Of a stretch of DNA of 64,000 bases, positions 26,807-41,122 are shown one piece after another. The stretch is from Paraspadella gotoi (lineage: Eukaryota; Animalia; Chaetognatha), in contig CM119270.1 in assembly GCA_051294375.1 (NCBI GenBank), forward strand, positions 20,606,417 through 20,670,416, in the 5' to 3' direction. The stretch's first letter is position 1; every line of letters begins with the position of its first letter. The notes under the pieces were generated by a model. The model was not told the origin of the DNA, did not search any database, and saw nothing but the letters and a program-made list of their open reading frames with translations. Position numbers and translations under genes: made by a program.

Positions 26807-27124
26807 ATCAAATTTTCTAGGATCCACGTTTACACTTAAGGATCCATTTTCTCTTCCCTTGTTTTTCCCCTATTCTTAAATCTTCGCCCTCAATTCTTGT
26901 TTACGTTTGAATCTTTTCTCTTTTCTTTTCCTTTTTAGGTTGCGCGTACGGCGAGTACTCGCGGAGCAAACTCTCAGTACTTTTCGATCCGTCGGTCCGT
27001 CGGTATTTCTGTCGCGATCTGCCCACTTAAGTTAAAAATGTTGGTTGCTCATTTGTTAGACAGGAAAAAACCTCAAATTAAGGGACTGCTAGCGCCTTCT
27101 TTCAGCGAAAATAAAGACAAAAGA

Positions 27125-27739
27125 TGTCAACGAACCGTAGGGTAGGTCGGAGGCCTCCTCGGTATCTCTCCCGTCGCGTAGCTGTACTGAGCTGAAGTTC
27201 GTCCCCCCAACGTCCCTCGAAGCCGTCGTGCGGAAAGAGTGGGCGACGACGCCGGCGCCAATGGACGAAGCGCCGTGAACGCCGTAGCTGCCGTCTCGAA
27301 GACGGTAGAAACCCGCGGTCGCCGCTACCGTCGCCGCGAGGTAGTCGCGAGGCGTCACGAGTGTGGTTCTGAAGACGACCACGAGCACGTCCACAAGTTC
27401 TATGGCACGAGTCTATCCACAGAGCCGTCCACAAGTCTGAAACCACGAAGTCTCTGGGCTCATAGGCCGGGCCCGTAGGCTCACTAAATGGTATCATGCG
27501 TTAAGGTTGACGTGACGTTTGACGTGGTGTGACCTAAAGCTCCGTTAAAAGGCCGTTTTTGGACGGGCTGAGAAAGGTCTAGGTTCTATGGCCTAAATCA
27601 TATCTGGTAAAGAGAAGAAAAGGGAGAGTAATCTCCCAAGAAAAGCAAAGCCACAAATCTACAAAAAGGTCAAGAAATGGTTTTTTAAAACAAAATGGCC
27701 AAAAGAATAAATAGAAATGGCATCGCCATTCTCCTTACA
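27125..27739. mobile_element. Second representation of the same solo LTR-like insertion
   Basis: Matches 22068-22682 at offset 5057. Confidence 0.7.
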
Positions 27740-28769
27740 AAAGGGAAAACCAAAAAAAGGGGGACCCCCAAATTTTTTTTTTCCCGATGCAGTGCTTGTC
27801 CTTGTCCTTGTCCATTTTCCACGGGGCAAGAAAGTTTTGCGGATAAGATTGTCACTGCGGCGCAACACATGTGAATTACCGTTCTTGTTTCTCTAATTTT
27901 TTCTATTCTTTATTTTTTCATTCATTGATTTCGTTTTAGGTTTTTTTTTAAGTTTTTTTTTAAACCAATGCGCCGTGAGTTTCCAAATCTAAACCCCCCG
28001 CCACCTCAACTGTTACAAAACAAAATAAAACATGTACATTCATTTAATTATTGTATCTTTACTATATTATGTAAAGGACGATTTACCCCTAAAATGTGAC
28101 AATGAAAGCTCCCGTAGGGAAGATGAAAGGCAAATATCTATCGACAAGAAAACAATCGTTTATAAATGAAGAGAGAGAAGAAAAGGCCTGATCTGTCTAT
28201 TCTGATTGTGTTGGTTGGTCTAGGATTCAAATCCCGACCAATCACGAGACGGTTAAAATGGCAAATTGGAGCAGTTTTGTTTTCCATTTTAAAATTCACA
28301 GTTTGGTAAAATTGCCTTTTTTTTTTCTCCTGCAATATAGAAATAGAAAATGACATTTTATTAATTATTATTAGAGGCCCTTTGTTTTGTCTCAGTTTAT
28401 GAACTTATCAAAATCCGAATCTTTTTTAAAAATATTAGTTTGTCGTCGTCGCGTCGTCGTCGTTCGTCGTTCGTCGTCATTGTCGTTCCTCGTTCTAAAT
28501 CGTCTCATCAAATATCGTCGTCTCGTCATCGTCGTCGTCGTCTCATCATCTTGGAATTGGCGTCGTTGACAACGCAGACGCGCCCCTCGGTTTGTCAAGG
28601 GGCGACGCGTGACATGATTTCGGACTCACTTCCATTTATTCTCTCTTTTCATGGTGACGCCAAACGACGACGGCACGATTGAGAACGACGACGACGCAGA
28701 CGACGAAAGCGTCGATTGTTGGCACGAGAACTGACGAGAAGAATTTCGAGCGTAAAAGTCGCAGAGTCT

Positions 28770-28804
<35 letters not shown>

Positions 28805-29420
28805 TCTCTCTTCTCTCTCTCTCTTCATTTTCGCTACATAGTTTAGTCTAAATCATTTTACAAGTGAGTCATAGTTTCCCTCGTTCACATCCATTAAACT
28901 TTTTCGCTTTTTTCCGCCTGACGTCGATCTTATTTGTTCGGCATGAAATTTACTCATGATTAAAGATTCGTTTTAAAAAACCGGTTGACGGACTGTTAGT
29001 AACCCTGGGTCCAAATAATCAAAGGTTTTCGAGCTTTGTTGATTTTTTTTCTTCTCTAATCATCGAATTCCGATTTTTTTTCTTTTTCTTTTTTCTTTCT
29101 TTTTCTTTTTCTTTTTTCTTTTCATTTTTTCTCGGACAGGAAAAGGATTTCATGTGACCAAGGAATCCAGAATGAGGGAACGCCCATTTTGACGGGCATG
29201 AAGGACCGAAGGAAGAGAAAGGAAAGAGAAGTAATATGTAGAGAGGATAGAAAATAGAGAAGGCGAAGATTAGAAAAAAAGAAATAATAGCATTTGAAAA
29301 AATAAAAGAAAGCAAAAGAGAAGTTAATTATGGGTAAAAGGAAGAAAGAAAAGAAGATGAATCAATAAAAGTACAGGCCTTTCTTCCTCCCTTCTATCTC
29401 CCTCCTCTCTCCCTCCCTCT

Positions 29421-29502
<82 letters not shown>

Positions 29503-31548
29503 ACCTCCTTTTTCTCGAATCACTTCATCCTTTGTAAACCTTTTATCTCCACTTTTGATCCTCAATTCTGAATCTCATTTTTTCTTTTCCAGTTACTTCC
29601 CTTTTTGCCATTTTTCCTTTCCTTCGATGGCCTTTTTGTTTTGCCTTTTTTCTGTTTTTATTTATTGTCATTTTTACTTTTCTTATTTCTTTTTTTTTTT
29701 GTTCCTGATCCCCTTACTCTTTTTAGTATTTATTTTGCTTAAAAAGTCGTTTTATTATACTTTCACAAACGGTTTTATGAGGATATGATTTAATTGTGAA
29801 AATTTTTATAAGTTTTGTTTCTGAGCCTTGGTATCCACCCTGTATCACATTTCCCCGCTTTCCTCCCTCTCTCCTCTCCCTTCCCTCCTTTCCTGTTCAC
29901 CCCTCCCTTCTCCCTGTATCACATTCCCCCTTCTCCTTTTTTCTCCCTCCCTCTCCCCTTCCCCTCTCCCTGTATCAAGTTCACCTTCCTCCCTCTATCT
30001 ATCCTCCCTCCTCACTCCTCCCTCCCTTTACCCCTCCCTCTCCCGTTTCAAATTTACCCCCTCCCTCCCTCTCACCTCCCTACCTCTCTCATTTCCTCTT
30101 CCCTCTCTCCATCTCCCTTGAATCACATTTCCCCTCCTCCCTCCTCCTCTCACCTCTCTCCTCCCTCCCACCTTCCCCCTCCCCTCTCCCTGTATCACAT
30201 TCCCCCTCCCACCCTCCCACCTCCTTCCCTCTCTCCCCTCCCCTATCCCTGTATTCACATTCCCTTCCCCTTGAATTATTTAACATAACAAAGAAGTATT
30301 AATCGAATCGGCCCCGCCGCAGAATTTTTCTTCTTTTTTTTTTTTCGAGCATCGAAATTCCTCGATGGAANNNNNNNNNNNNNNNNNNNNNNNNNTTTTT
30401 TTTTCTCTTCGTCGCGACGACCGGACGATGGCCACTTCCATTGGGGGTGGGGAAAGGGTGGTGGAAAGGGGGTTGTAGGGGTTTTGGGAGGTAGGTTGGT
30501 AGGTAGGTAATATTGCAGATCGATCGCGGTACTTAATGCTTATGAGCTGTTGGTATTTCTCCACGAGGAAGAGGAAAAGGAAAAGGAGAAAGAGGAAGAA
30601 GAAAATGAGGAAGAGGAAAATGAGGAAGAGGAAAAGGAAAAGGAGGAAGAGGAAAAAGAAAAAGAAAAGGAGGAAGAGGAAAAGTAATATGAGGAAGAGG
30701 AAAGGGAGGAAGAGGAAAAGGAAAAGGAGGAAGAGGAAAAAGAAAAGGAGGAAGAGGGAAAGGAGAAAGAGGAAGAGTTAAAGGAAAAGGAGGAAGAGGA
30801 AGAGGAAAATTAGGATTTTAAATAGGATATTTTTAATTTATTATTATTGCTACAGAAAAAAATAACAAAGAGAATCACACGACTGTTTGAACGATGACAT
30901 TTTTTTTTTTATAAAATGCGTCAGTGATGTTTTTTTTTTCGTTTGATGGTGATTGAGTGAAGTGAATGAAGTGAAGTTTAATATTCACCGCGAGCAAAAT
31001 CGCTGGGAAATATGGGTGAAGCTGTAGTGGAGTCTGGGGAATTGTGGAAGTGGGAAGGAAATGCAAAGAAATGGAAAAGCGATGGATTGAATAATATTAC
31101 AGATTTCGGCTCTCTTTTCTAAAGGAGACCAATTTCTGTTCCTTAATCTAATTCCTTTCTACTCTCTTTTCTAAAAGCGGCCCATTTCTTTTCCTTAATC
31201 TCCGAAACTAAATTTATCTATTACACTTTACAAAAAACCAAATACCTTTTAACAACAGTTAGCCCTAATAATTAATATGCAATTCTAATCCCTAACCCTA
31301 AAGATTAATCTCAATCCTTAATATTTGACCCTTATTACTAAATTAATCCCTGACCGAATCCCTGACCCAAATCCCTAGCATATGCGATTTTATTCGAATA
31401 CAACGAGGTTGATTCAGTACAATCATCATCAACAAACAAACAAACAAAGACAGACTAAGTCTAAGCAAAAAACATAAAATAGAGAGAAAAAAAAACAGTT
31501 AATTAAATAAAATTAATTAATTAAAATTTAAACAATTAAAAATTGTTC

Positions 31549-32760
31549 TTATGTTGTAAAAAATGGAACAGGTTTCTGAAGAACAGTATTTTTCTTTGTA
31601 TATATCTTTGAGATAAAGGTTTTCTTACGATTATTAAAAATTGTAGATAGGTCGTGGTATCCAAACATACTCCTAAGTTCTCTCACACTTTCCCATCGAT
31701 TATATCCAAAAATCTTTCGTACACCATCATTTACAGCAACATTAAGTCTATTCATATTACGTACAGAAAAAGTTTTTACTTCACAACCATAAAGGAGAAC
31801 TCGAACACAGTTAGTATAATACAATTTCATCAATAATTCTCTGAAAGTTGTTGGTGTCAACTCATGCACCGAGTTGTTATGATAAAGATAAAAACATCGA
31901 TTGGAAACAGTGCTAATTTTATTTAGACCACTGCATTATGTTGGTTGAGAAGCTTTCTCTCGTCTCTGCTCTCTCTCTCTCTTTTCTCCTCATCTCGTGA
32001 TCTCCTCCTCTTGGCCTCCATACGCTTCCTTAATTTGTAAAATAATTTTTTACCTATCACACAATTTCTCTGGCGACTTGAATAATGAACCAGCTAAATG
32101 GTTGAATGCATGGTCTAAATAAATTAGCACTGTTTCCAAAGTCAATGTTTTTCTTATCTGTCTGAAGGTTTTAAAAGGCATTTATCAAACGTTCTTGCAA
32201 TCTAAAAAAAAAAGTACAATTCTTTGCTTGGCTCAAACAAGCTGTCTCTTTCAACTTACTGAAGGTGAACCCTAGAATATGTCAATGCTTATCAACGTAG
32301 AATCCGGATTACAGTTTTCCATCGAGAAAACGTATATCATTTGGAATTGTAGTTTGCCACACCTTGCCCAAAATACAATAATGACTTTCGATTTTTTGAA
32401 ACTAAATATAAAAACAAAATCCTTTGCAGTATTTTGCACAAATGTCAGTTAAGACTATGCATACCTCTTATCGTTGGTTGAAAGTGATCGCTGATTCGTC
32501 TTGCAATACAATATGCATGCTACAGAAATATGTCCTCTGTAACAACCATAACCTGTTTTTAGATTTCTCAAATAAGATCGTTGACATATATCTGCCCATC
32601 AAAGTAAGGACTGAGGATCCTTTGAAGTACGCCCAGAAAGACATAACAAAATGAATGCACTAATGGTACTTTTCCATCTACATTTACTTTTTAAGTTGCT
32701 ATACCAGTATACCAAGATTTTTAAGAAACATAATGGCACTCCACGATCTATAAGCTTAGT
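31549..32760 (-). mobile_element. 5'-truncated LINE (RTE/RTEX-like) RT and thumb region, interrupted at 31850-32160
   Basis: Minus strand from 32760 reads TKLIDRGVPLCFLKILVYWYSNLKSKCRWKSTIS, then frameshifted SGVLQ..ILSPY, GYGCY, ACILY..D, KKSKVI and LGFT. After the insert it resumes ELLMKLYYTNCVRVLLYGCEV...LNVAVNDGVRKIFGYNRWESVRELR (ORF 31549-31869). Clade assignment is from motif recall. Confidence 0.9.
31850..32160. mobile_element. MITE-like insertion with ~55-bp inverted repeats inside the LINE
   Basis: 31881-31937 is the reverse complement of 32103-32158. Flanking direct repeat tctgaa(a/g)gtt at 31840-31849 and 32161-32170. The LINE frame (..LKPS / EELLMK..) rejoins when the insert is removed. 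Confidence 0.5.
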
Positions 32761-33184
32761 AAAAATAATAACTAACCCAATCTATTTAAACTTAAAAACT
32801 TACTTAATCTTAAATTAAAGACAAAATGGGGCGTTTTTGGAAAAAAAGGGCATGGATTTGCGTACGACAAGTTAGAGAAATATACTAGTATTTAACTATG
32901 AACAGTTTATTGTGGGTTAAGTCTTCTAACACTCTTACAAGATAATCACATCAGGAACCTTTTTATCAAGACTCTTTCAAATTTTAAATAAAACATTGAA
33001 AGTTTAAATTCTATATTGGTTTAATCATTAATTCTAAGGCCTAACCCATCTCTCTTTTTAAATAATTTATTTTAGTGCCATTTAGGGATTAAATTAAAGC
33101 CACATAATCCTGAACACTAAACAATTTCTTAATTTCTTTCTTTCTCCGATTCGTCGAACGGGCGCCTCAGTTCATCAGGCTCAC

Positions 33185-33269
33185 CATTTCGCCTTCTTTA
33201 CGCTCGATCGGGGCCAAGGAGTTCGGAGCCGAGGTCAACGACTCAAACCCAAAGACTGAATTAACTCGT
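33185..33269 (-). CDS. Candidate internal coding exon, unidentified gene
   Basis: Long pyrimidine tract, branch-like gctaat, acceptor ttttaag|, open frame RVNSVFGFESLTSAPNSLAPIERKEGEM, donor |gtgagc. Confidence 0.45.
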
Positions 33270-33424
33270 CTTAAAAAAGATTAGCGAAGAAAAAGAAAAG
33301 TGAGAGATGAGAAAAGGAAAAAATAGAGAAAAGTAGAAAAAAAATAGGTAAAGTAGACCATCGATTAATAGGATGAAGAAAATTGGAAAACAAGAGTGGA
33401 AAAAAGAAAAGAAAAGTTGTGGAA

Positions 33425-33800
33425 AAAAGGAAGAAAGAAGGTTTAAAAAGACAGAAAAAGGAAGTTAGAAGGTTTAAAAAGACAGAAGAAGGAAGTTAGA
33501 AGGTTTAAAAAGACAGAAGAAGGAAGAAGGAAGTTTTAAAAAGACAGAAGAAGAAGAAAAAAGTTTTAAAACGACGGAAAAAGGATAAAAGAAGGTTTAA
33601 AACAACAGAAAAAGGATGAAAGAGGGTTTAAAAATACATAAAAAGGATGAACGATGGTTTAAAAAGACAGAAAAAGGATGAAAGAAGGTTTAAAAATACA
33701 GAAGAAAAAAAAAGAAGGTTTTAAAAGACAGAAAAAAGAAGAAAAAAGTTTTAAAAAACATAAAAAGGAGTAAAAAAAGTTTAAAAAGACCAAAAAGGAA
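33425..33800. repeat. Minisatellite, ~25-27 bp unit (aagaaggtttaaaaagacagaagaagg)
   Basis: More than ten degenerate units are visible. Confidence 0.85.
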
Positions 33801-34019
33801 AGTTAGGGGAAAGCTAAAAGGGGGGCAATAAAGAAGAAAGGTTAATGGTTAAGGTCAAATGCTAAAAAATTCCTACTTGTGTTCTAAAAACAAGAATACG
33901 AGAAAAAAAACTGGAGCTGGAGAGAAATACAACAACAACAACAACAACAACGACAAATGTTTTAACGTGGATTTTCTCAAATCCTCGTCGATTTATGGTT
34001 GATGAATTTGAATTAGTGA

Positions 34020-34076
<57 letters not shown>

Positions 34077-34655
34077 AAACACAGGGCTACTTTATCGCTC
34101 CCTATTTTTATTCGCAAGGGGGACTTAACGTCTGCCGCGGTTTCAATCTCAAAAGATGAAGCTTTTAATTTCGAATCCTTTTTGATTTCTGACGCGAGAC
34201 CTCGTTCGATAGAGGGTCTGCTAATGAATTGAATTAATGAATGAATGAATAAATAATTGAAAGAAAAAACGATCGAATGAATAAATGAATGAATGAATGA
34301 ATGAATGAATGAATAAATGAAGTATTCTATGAATAATGGAAGACATTCATTAATGAAAAATAACTAAAGGAGTGAATAAGTGAATGAATAAAAATGATTT
34401 TACTTGAATCAGTTATTTAATCGAGTAATTGATAAATAAAAGAACAAAAAAAAAAGGAATCAAAAAATAAATGACTGAAAAAACCTAATGGATAATAATT
34501 AACTAAATGTGTGTTTAGAAGATTTAAAAGAATATCTAACAAAACATGAAAAGTTGAACGAAGCGGAGATTAAGCCTTTCATCAAATTCTTTCATCATAT
34601 CCCGCGCATTGAAGCGAGAAAGTAAAGGGGGATTGAGAGAGAGAGAGAGAGAGAG

Positions 34656-34714
<59 letters not shown>

Positions 34715-34946
34715 AGGAGAGAGAAGAGAGTAGATGAGAGCAGAGAGAGAGGAGAAAAGAGAGAGAGTTTTAGAAGAGGGAGAGAGAGAGAGAGAGAGAG
34801 GATGAGGAGTGAGAATTGAGAGAGAGAGAGAGAGTGACGAGAGGAGAGAGAGAGAGAAAGAGAAAGAGAAGAAAGAGCGAGAGGCGAGAGAGAGAGAGGA
34901 GAGGAGGAGAGATGAGATAGAGAGAGAGAGAGATGAAGAGATGAGA

Positions 34947-34998
<52 letters not shown>

Positions 34999-36674
34999 AG
35001 ATGGAGAGAGAGAGACAGAGAGACCCTTCCCTATCGGAAAATCCCGCGATGAATTTCGACATCAAAAGGAGAATTAAAATCGAATCGACTTTATCACTGA
35101 AGCCTCTTATCACTTTCTCTTATCACTGCCACTTATTACTGTCACTTAAAACTAACAGTTATCACTGTCACTGTCACTATCTCTTTTCGCCTTATTTACT
35201 TATCACTCAAGTTATGAGGGTATTCAAATGTCTCACTCATGTTTTCCGACAATTAATGAATTAAAGTGTGCGATAAAAATAAAAAAATGGATGTATTTAA
35301 TGAAACTCTTACGCCACTTATTAAACTTTAAATAATTCGTCTCATTTTTTTATTCTTCATGAAATTTGCCTCTTTCTCGTCTTCATGCTCTCTTCTTCTT
35401 CTCTCGTCTCTCTCATCTCGTCTCTGCTGCTCTCTCTTTTCTTTTCTCGCTTTAGTGCTCTCTCTCTCGTCTTCAGTCTCATCCTTCTCTGCTTTCATCT
35501 TTCTCATTTAGCTCCTCATCTTCACGGTATCACTCACTTCTTCACTGCACTCCTCATTCTCTTCTCTGCTCTCGTCTCTCTCTACTTCTCTCTCGACTCT
35601 CTTCGTCTCATCTCGTCTTCTCTCATGTCTCTCTTCTCTCTCTTTTTTTATCTAGAGTCTATCTCACGTCTCCTCGTGTCTTTGCTTTTTCTTGCCTCAA
35701 TTCTCTCGTTCNNNNNNNNNNNNNNNNNNNNNNNNNTCTTTTTATCTTTATTACAATCCATTCTGTCCTAATCTATTAATCTTTTGTACCTATTTTTCAC
35801 ATTTGTTTCCTTTATCTAACAATCACACTCACTTATTGTCTCGTACATTTTATTAGATTATTCCACCTTGTTGGTTTTTATTTTAACCATGATTTTATTT
35901 TTCCAAACAAAAAAAAAAAAAAAAAAAAAAAAAAAATAAAAAAGAAAATTCAATTTTGAGAGAGAGAGAGAGAGAGAGAAAGAGAAAGAAAGAGAGAGAT
36001 AGAAATAACCCTTTGAGCAAAAAGTAATAAAAGAAAATGTTCTGAAACTCGGTCCATTAACGTTGCGGTTGGTTTCTGCTTTTGTCTCTTTGGCGGGAAA
36101 AACCGATTCGGTTCAATCTCGTGAGTTTGAGAAGAAAGAAAAGTGAGTTTGACACAAAAAATATGTTTAAGTCTCTAATAGTAAGTTTATTCACAATCAG
36201 TTTGACTCGGATTTATTTCTTTCCCCCAGATTTAGTATATTTGATATGAAATTACCGCTACCAATACATCAATTATTCATTAATTTAATATATTAGCTAT
36301 CTTGCCACACACTTGGTACAGTCCCACACTTGGGACAGGCCCACACTTGCCCCACACTTGGGACAGGGCAGGTGGGTTAAGTCCTTTATGTATCATACCC
36401 TGGAAGTTATCAATTAGGATTCTCTGGTAGTATAAATAGTCTAACTCGTCTAAATAGTTATCAAGTCCCATGTATACCTTGGGTACCATTGAATTGGTTT
36501 TCTTTTTTTTATTAACTGTTTCCATTCTATGTATTTATCATTTATATTTGTTTATTATTCACAGTGCATTGATCCACCATCCACATTGACTTATACACAG
36601 TGATTCACTTTTGAGTGTTTCTCTTTATATTATCCGAGTCTCTAAAGATATCAACGTCTCCCCGACTTAATTCC

Positions 36675-36730
<56 letters not shown>

Positions 36731-37199
36731 CTAGCGAAGAGTAACACAAAAGTCATAAATTTTGCTCCATAAACGCGATTACAGGCTCCAGTCATTTTCC
36801 TCGTCGTCGTTGTTGTTGTTGTCGTCGTCGTCGTTGTTGTCATTCTTTTCATTTTCCGCTCCAAAGAGGAAAACATCTGATCCCGAAAATTGCGCATCGG
36901 AATTCGTTTTACGGAAAAAAATGAAGAAATGAAAAGAAATGAAAAAAAAGTGGAAAATGAAGAAAGATTTTTAATATTTAAATTTCATTATTTCGAAATA
37001 GAGAGTTAGATTAAATGAAAAATATGTTTATATGTATAAAAATGAAAAGGATAGTCCTATAATTATTTAATATAAAAATATTATTTTAACTCAACAAAAA
37101 TAAAATATAAGAAATAATGGCGTATGTTCTGAATAAAGTTAAGCCCTTTAAATATTTGATTTATTTATTTTTAATTATAATTCAAAATAACAATATAAC

Positions 37200-37560
37200 A
37201 ACATCCGTTCATTCAAGGTTTTGCGCCGCAGTGACTTTAATTTTACGTGTATTTCTCGTTACATAATATTACATGACCGTATGTGACATGACATGACGCG
37301 ACATGACATGAATACCTAACTGCAATAACTTCCTAAGCCTGAGTTTTTATGACACGTATTGCATAGGAATTCCGTCTTTTATTCTTTATAGTTTTCGAAT
37401 TTCCCGAAGGCGGCGCTAGCAGTCCCTTAGATTTGAAGTTTTATTATGTCTTAACAAATTAGCAACTGTAGGTAAATTATATGCATTTTTAATGTAAGTG
37501 GCATAGACCGATGGACAGACATACCGACCGACAGATAGACCTACAGACCGACAGACCGCT
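37200..37560 (-). mobile_element. HINE family 1 copy
   Basis: Contains ttgcgccgcagtgac (reverse complement of the 3' subTIR), ggcgctagcagtcccttagatttga and a gacagac/ccgac microsatellite. Confidence 0.65.
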
Positions 37561-40500
37561 AGATCAAGTTCATGTCAAGAAATAGACAAATTAATAAGGA
37601 AATTTGATTTGATTCTTTTCGTTTTATTATTTTCTTTTATTCGTTTCCTCGTAAAAATTATTTGAATCAAATTGAAAAAAAGACTTTTTTTTTTAAATAT
37701 TGGGTTTGAAAAATGAACAATTTTATCTTTTGGATGAAAGATTTCAATTTTCTCGACTCCAGATGTAAAAAAATCGATTTAAAAAAAAATAAGATAAATC
37801 AACATCAATAGTTAGAAATCAAAAATAAAATTTGGTTTTTTAGTTAATTGTTTTAGTAAAAAAATGAATGTTAAATATATTAATTATTCTCTGGATTAAA
37901 AGATTGTATCTTTGTATATTATTTTACAGGGAGATTGCTAGACTGCTTATTTACAGAATTTAAACAGCTTACTCCGAAAACGTTTATTTTGGATTCTATC
38001 GGGTCGTAAAAGTAAGATGACATTCAAATTACTAGTATTTTAATTACCTAAACGTCTTGTTATTTATAAAGGACATAATTCGATGGCCGATTTCGCAGTC
38101 CAATAAATTTTAAAGTTAGCGCAATGAGTTTTGATTTTTCTTTCACTTTATTTTCTTTTTTCCTTTTTCATCCACTTCTTATTTTTTCTTTCATTTTTCC
38201 TCCACTTTTTATTTTCCTATTTTCTTTTTCCTCCAATTTTTATTTTATTCTTTCCTTTTTCCTCCACTTCTTATTTGTTCTTCACTTTTTCCTCGATCTC
38301 TTATTTTCTTCTTTCCTATATCTTTTCCCATCTCCTCCATTTTTAGAAATTACTTTCACTTTTTCCTATTCACTTTGGCTCATTCGCTATTAAGGAAGAT
38401 CTCATTCCTCTCTCTCTACTACTCTGTCGTCTCTCTTCAGCTCTCTTTCTATCATACGTGCTCTCTACTGCTTACATTCTCTCTCTCATTACTTGCTCTT
38501 CATTCATCTCTCTTCTCGTCTCTTTCCTGCTCTCTCTCTCCTTCCTCTCGTCTCTCTCCCCTCTCTCTCTCTCTCTCTGTGTCAGCGAATCGAATTTCAT
38601 TATCTACATCTCGCAATAATTAATAAACTTTCTTCTCTTTCCTTTCCTCCACTTTATCGTCTTCGTCTTTATTCTATTTTTTTTCTTTTTCCTTTTCCGC
38701 TCTTCTTTCTTTTTTCACTCTCCTCCTTTTATTTTTAGTTTCTCCTTTTTTTTCCCTTTCTTTTCATTTCTCTCCTTTCCTCCCCTTTTTTTTTTCTACT
38801 CCACTTCGCTTTCCCCTTTTGTTTCCACTTTTATTATCATCCTTTGACCCTCTCTCATTCAGTTTTCAGATCTGCCCTACGATCTCCTTCTCTCCCATTC
38901 CTCCGCCTCCTCCTCCTCCTCCTCCTCCTCCTCCTCCTCCTTCTTTCAGACATGGGACCCGCCCTGTGATCTTCCGGCATCGGAATTCCTTCTCCTCTAG
39001 AATTCCACCATTCTACCACGATTCCATCAGTTCCTCCATAAAAAATCCGCGATACTACCACCATTTCACCTCTTCCACCTCACAAATTTCGCCATTTTCG
39101 CACTATTTCTAAACATCCACCTGACAATTTTACATTTCTATAACTATTCCACCATTTCCAGGTCACAATTCCACCATTCTACCCCTATTTTACCACTTCC
39201 ACCTCTCAATTTCACCATTCTACAACCTTTCCATCTCTTTCACCTGAAAAATTTCACCATTTTTTCACGATTTCTTTTTCGCTCTGATTTTACAATTTTC
39301 TTCGTCGTCCTTATTTCACTGTTTTTTCACTGTAGTTTAACTGTAATTATATCACATTTTAAATTTTTTTTTTGAATTAGGTTCCTTCCTTAAATTATTT
39401 GCCTCTCCGCGTTTGCTAATGTTCAGTGAATTTTTACTTTATAATTTTCATTACTTTTAATGTATTTTTACTTTATTTTTTTAATTTGTTTCTAATTTTT
39501 CCTTTTTTTTACTTCGTTTTTTCTTTCATTTTCTTTTATCTCCTTCACCTTCTTTGATTTCCCTTCTCACCTGGTCTGGCCTTTTCTCCTCCTCCTCCTC
39601 CTCTTCCTCTTCCTCCTCCTCTTCCTCATCCTCCTCAAATTCCCGGTTGCGTCTTACAATGAAAAAACCGGCATCATGAATCGCCACCTTGTGATGCAAG
39701 CAAGTGGAGGAGGAGGAGGAGGAGGAGGAGAAGGAGAAGGAGAAGGAAGAGGAAGAGGAGGTTCAGAGAAGGAGGAAAACAATGGCGGCTGGGTGACTGA
39801 GAAGGTAGAGGAATCGCGTTCTTATATTTATTATATTCTTTTATTTATTATATTCTTATATTTATTATATTCTTATATATTATTTACCTTTTGTCCTTAA
39901 ATTTCTCCTTTTCCTTTTTTACTTACTCTACTCCCTTCCTTCTTAACATTTTCTATATTATCCCACGTTTGTGGTCAGTTTTTTGTTTCTCTCTTTCCAC
40001 CAATGAACTCCCTTCTTTCTCTTTTTTCCTCTCTTTAATCCTCATTTCCTTTCCTTTCCTCCCTTCCTTAATTCCTGGTTTTCTATTTTCTCTCTCTCGC
40101 AGTAATTTTTTTAAAATAAAAACATAAACGATCTTTATTTTTTATGTTTCTTAGTCAAAAATGAGGAAAATCTAAAAAAAACAAAAAGGTAAACTGAAAA
40201 AAACTATAAAAAAGGAATGAAAGAAAAAAAGAAAAAAAAAGGTCAAAGGATCTTTTCTCTAGATGATCCTTCCTCTTTGAGTCTTTTGTTGAGAAAAAAC
40301 GAGTTGAGAGAGAGATAGAGAAGAGGGAAAAGAGGATAGAGAGAGAGAAAGATAGAGAGAGAGAGAGTGAGAGAGAGAGAGATAAAGAAATTAAGAAACA
40401 AAGAATGATATAGAGAAAAAAAGAAAGAAAAAAGAAATAAAGAAACAGTGAAGAAAGAAAGAAAGAAAAGAAAAAGAAATTAAAGAAGAGGATAAAAAGA

Positions 40501-41122
40501 AAAAAAGAATAGGAAAGAAAGAGATGTCGATAATAAATATAAAAGAAAGAAAAGAAAGAAAGAAAGAAAGAGAAGAGATATAAAAACAAAAGTAACAGAA
40601 AATAAAGAAGAGAAAAAAAATAAAGAAAAAGAAAAAAGAGGGCGAAAGAGAATAATAGATAAAGAAAGTAAGAAAAAGAAAGAAAGAAAGAAAGAAAGAA
40701 AGAAAAAAAATATTTGAAGAAAAGTCCTTAGAATCTACGTAATTAATGAAATTATTGGAGGACTTAATTACCAGGGAAAAAAGTGTGGATGAGAAAAAAA
40801 ATGAATCAGAAAAAAGAGAAAAAAAAATTAAAAAGATAGAAAAAAAAATAAGAAAAAAATGAGGGAAGACAAAAAAGGAGAAAAAAAATGAAGAGAATTT
40901 TTAAACTTGAGAAATAAAAAAGGAAAGAAAAAAAATGAAACATGAAAAAAACATTTTTAAAAAGATTGAAAAGAGATAGAAAAAGGAGGTTGAGAAGGGG
41001 AGACAACGACGACGACGACGACGACGATAATTAGTAGCGAATGTCAAGAGAAACCAGCTGCGTGCATGATTTTAAAGAAAAAAAAAGTTTTGATTTTCGT
41101 AAAATTTAAGAGAAATCTAATT

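Larger units (their letters stand above)
20203..29501. repeat. Apparently exact 4.2-kb direct duplication (20203-24444 = 25260-29501, offset 5057), probably an assembly artefact
   Basis: Identical ORFs recur at +5057 (20607/25664, 22032/27089, 23962/29019), including microsatellite lengths and apparent read errors. There is an N-gap at 24445-24469, and 24470-24900 is also re-represented at 29500-29935. Confidence 0.95.

Noticed and set aside
33425-33800. Regularly spaced repeats as a possible CRISPR array
   Set aside because: No unique spacers, no cas genes and a eukaryotic context; this is a minisatellite.
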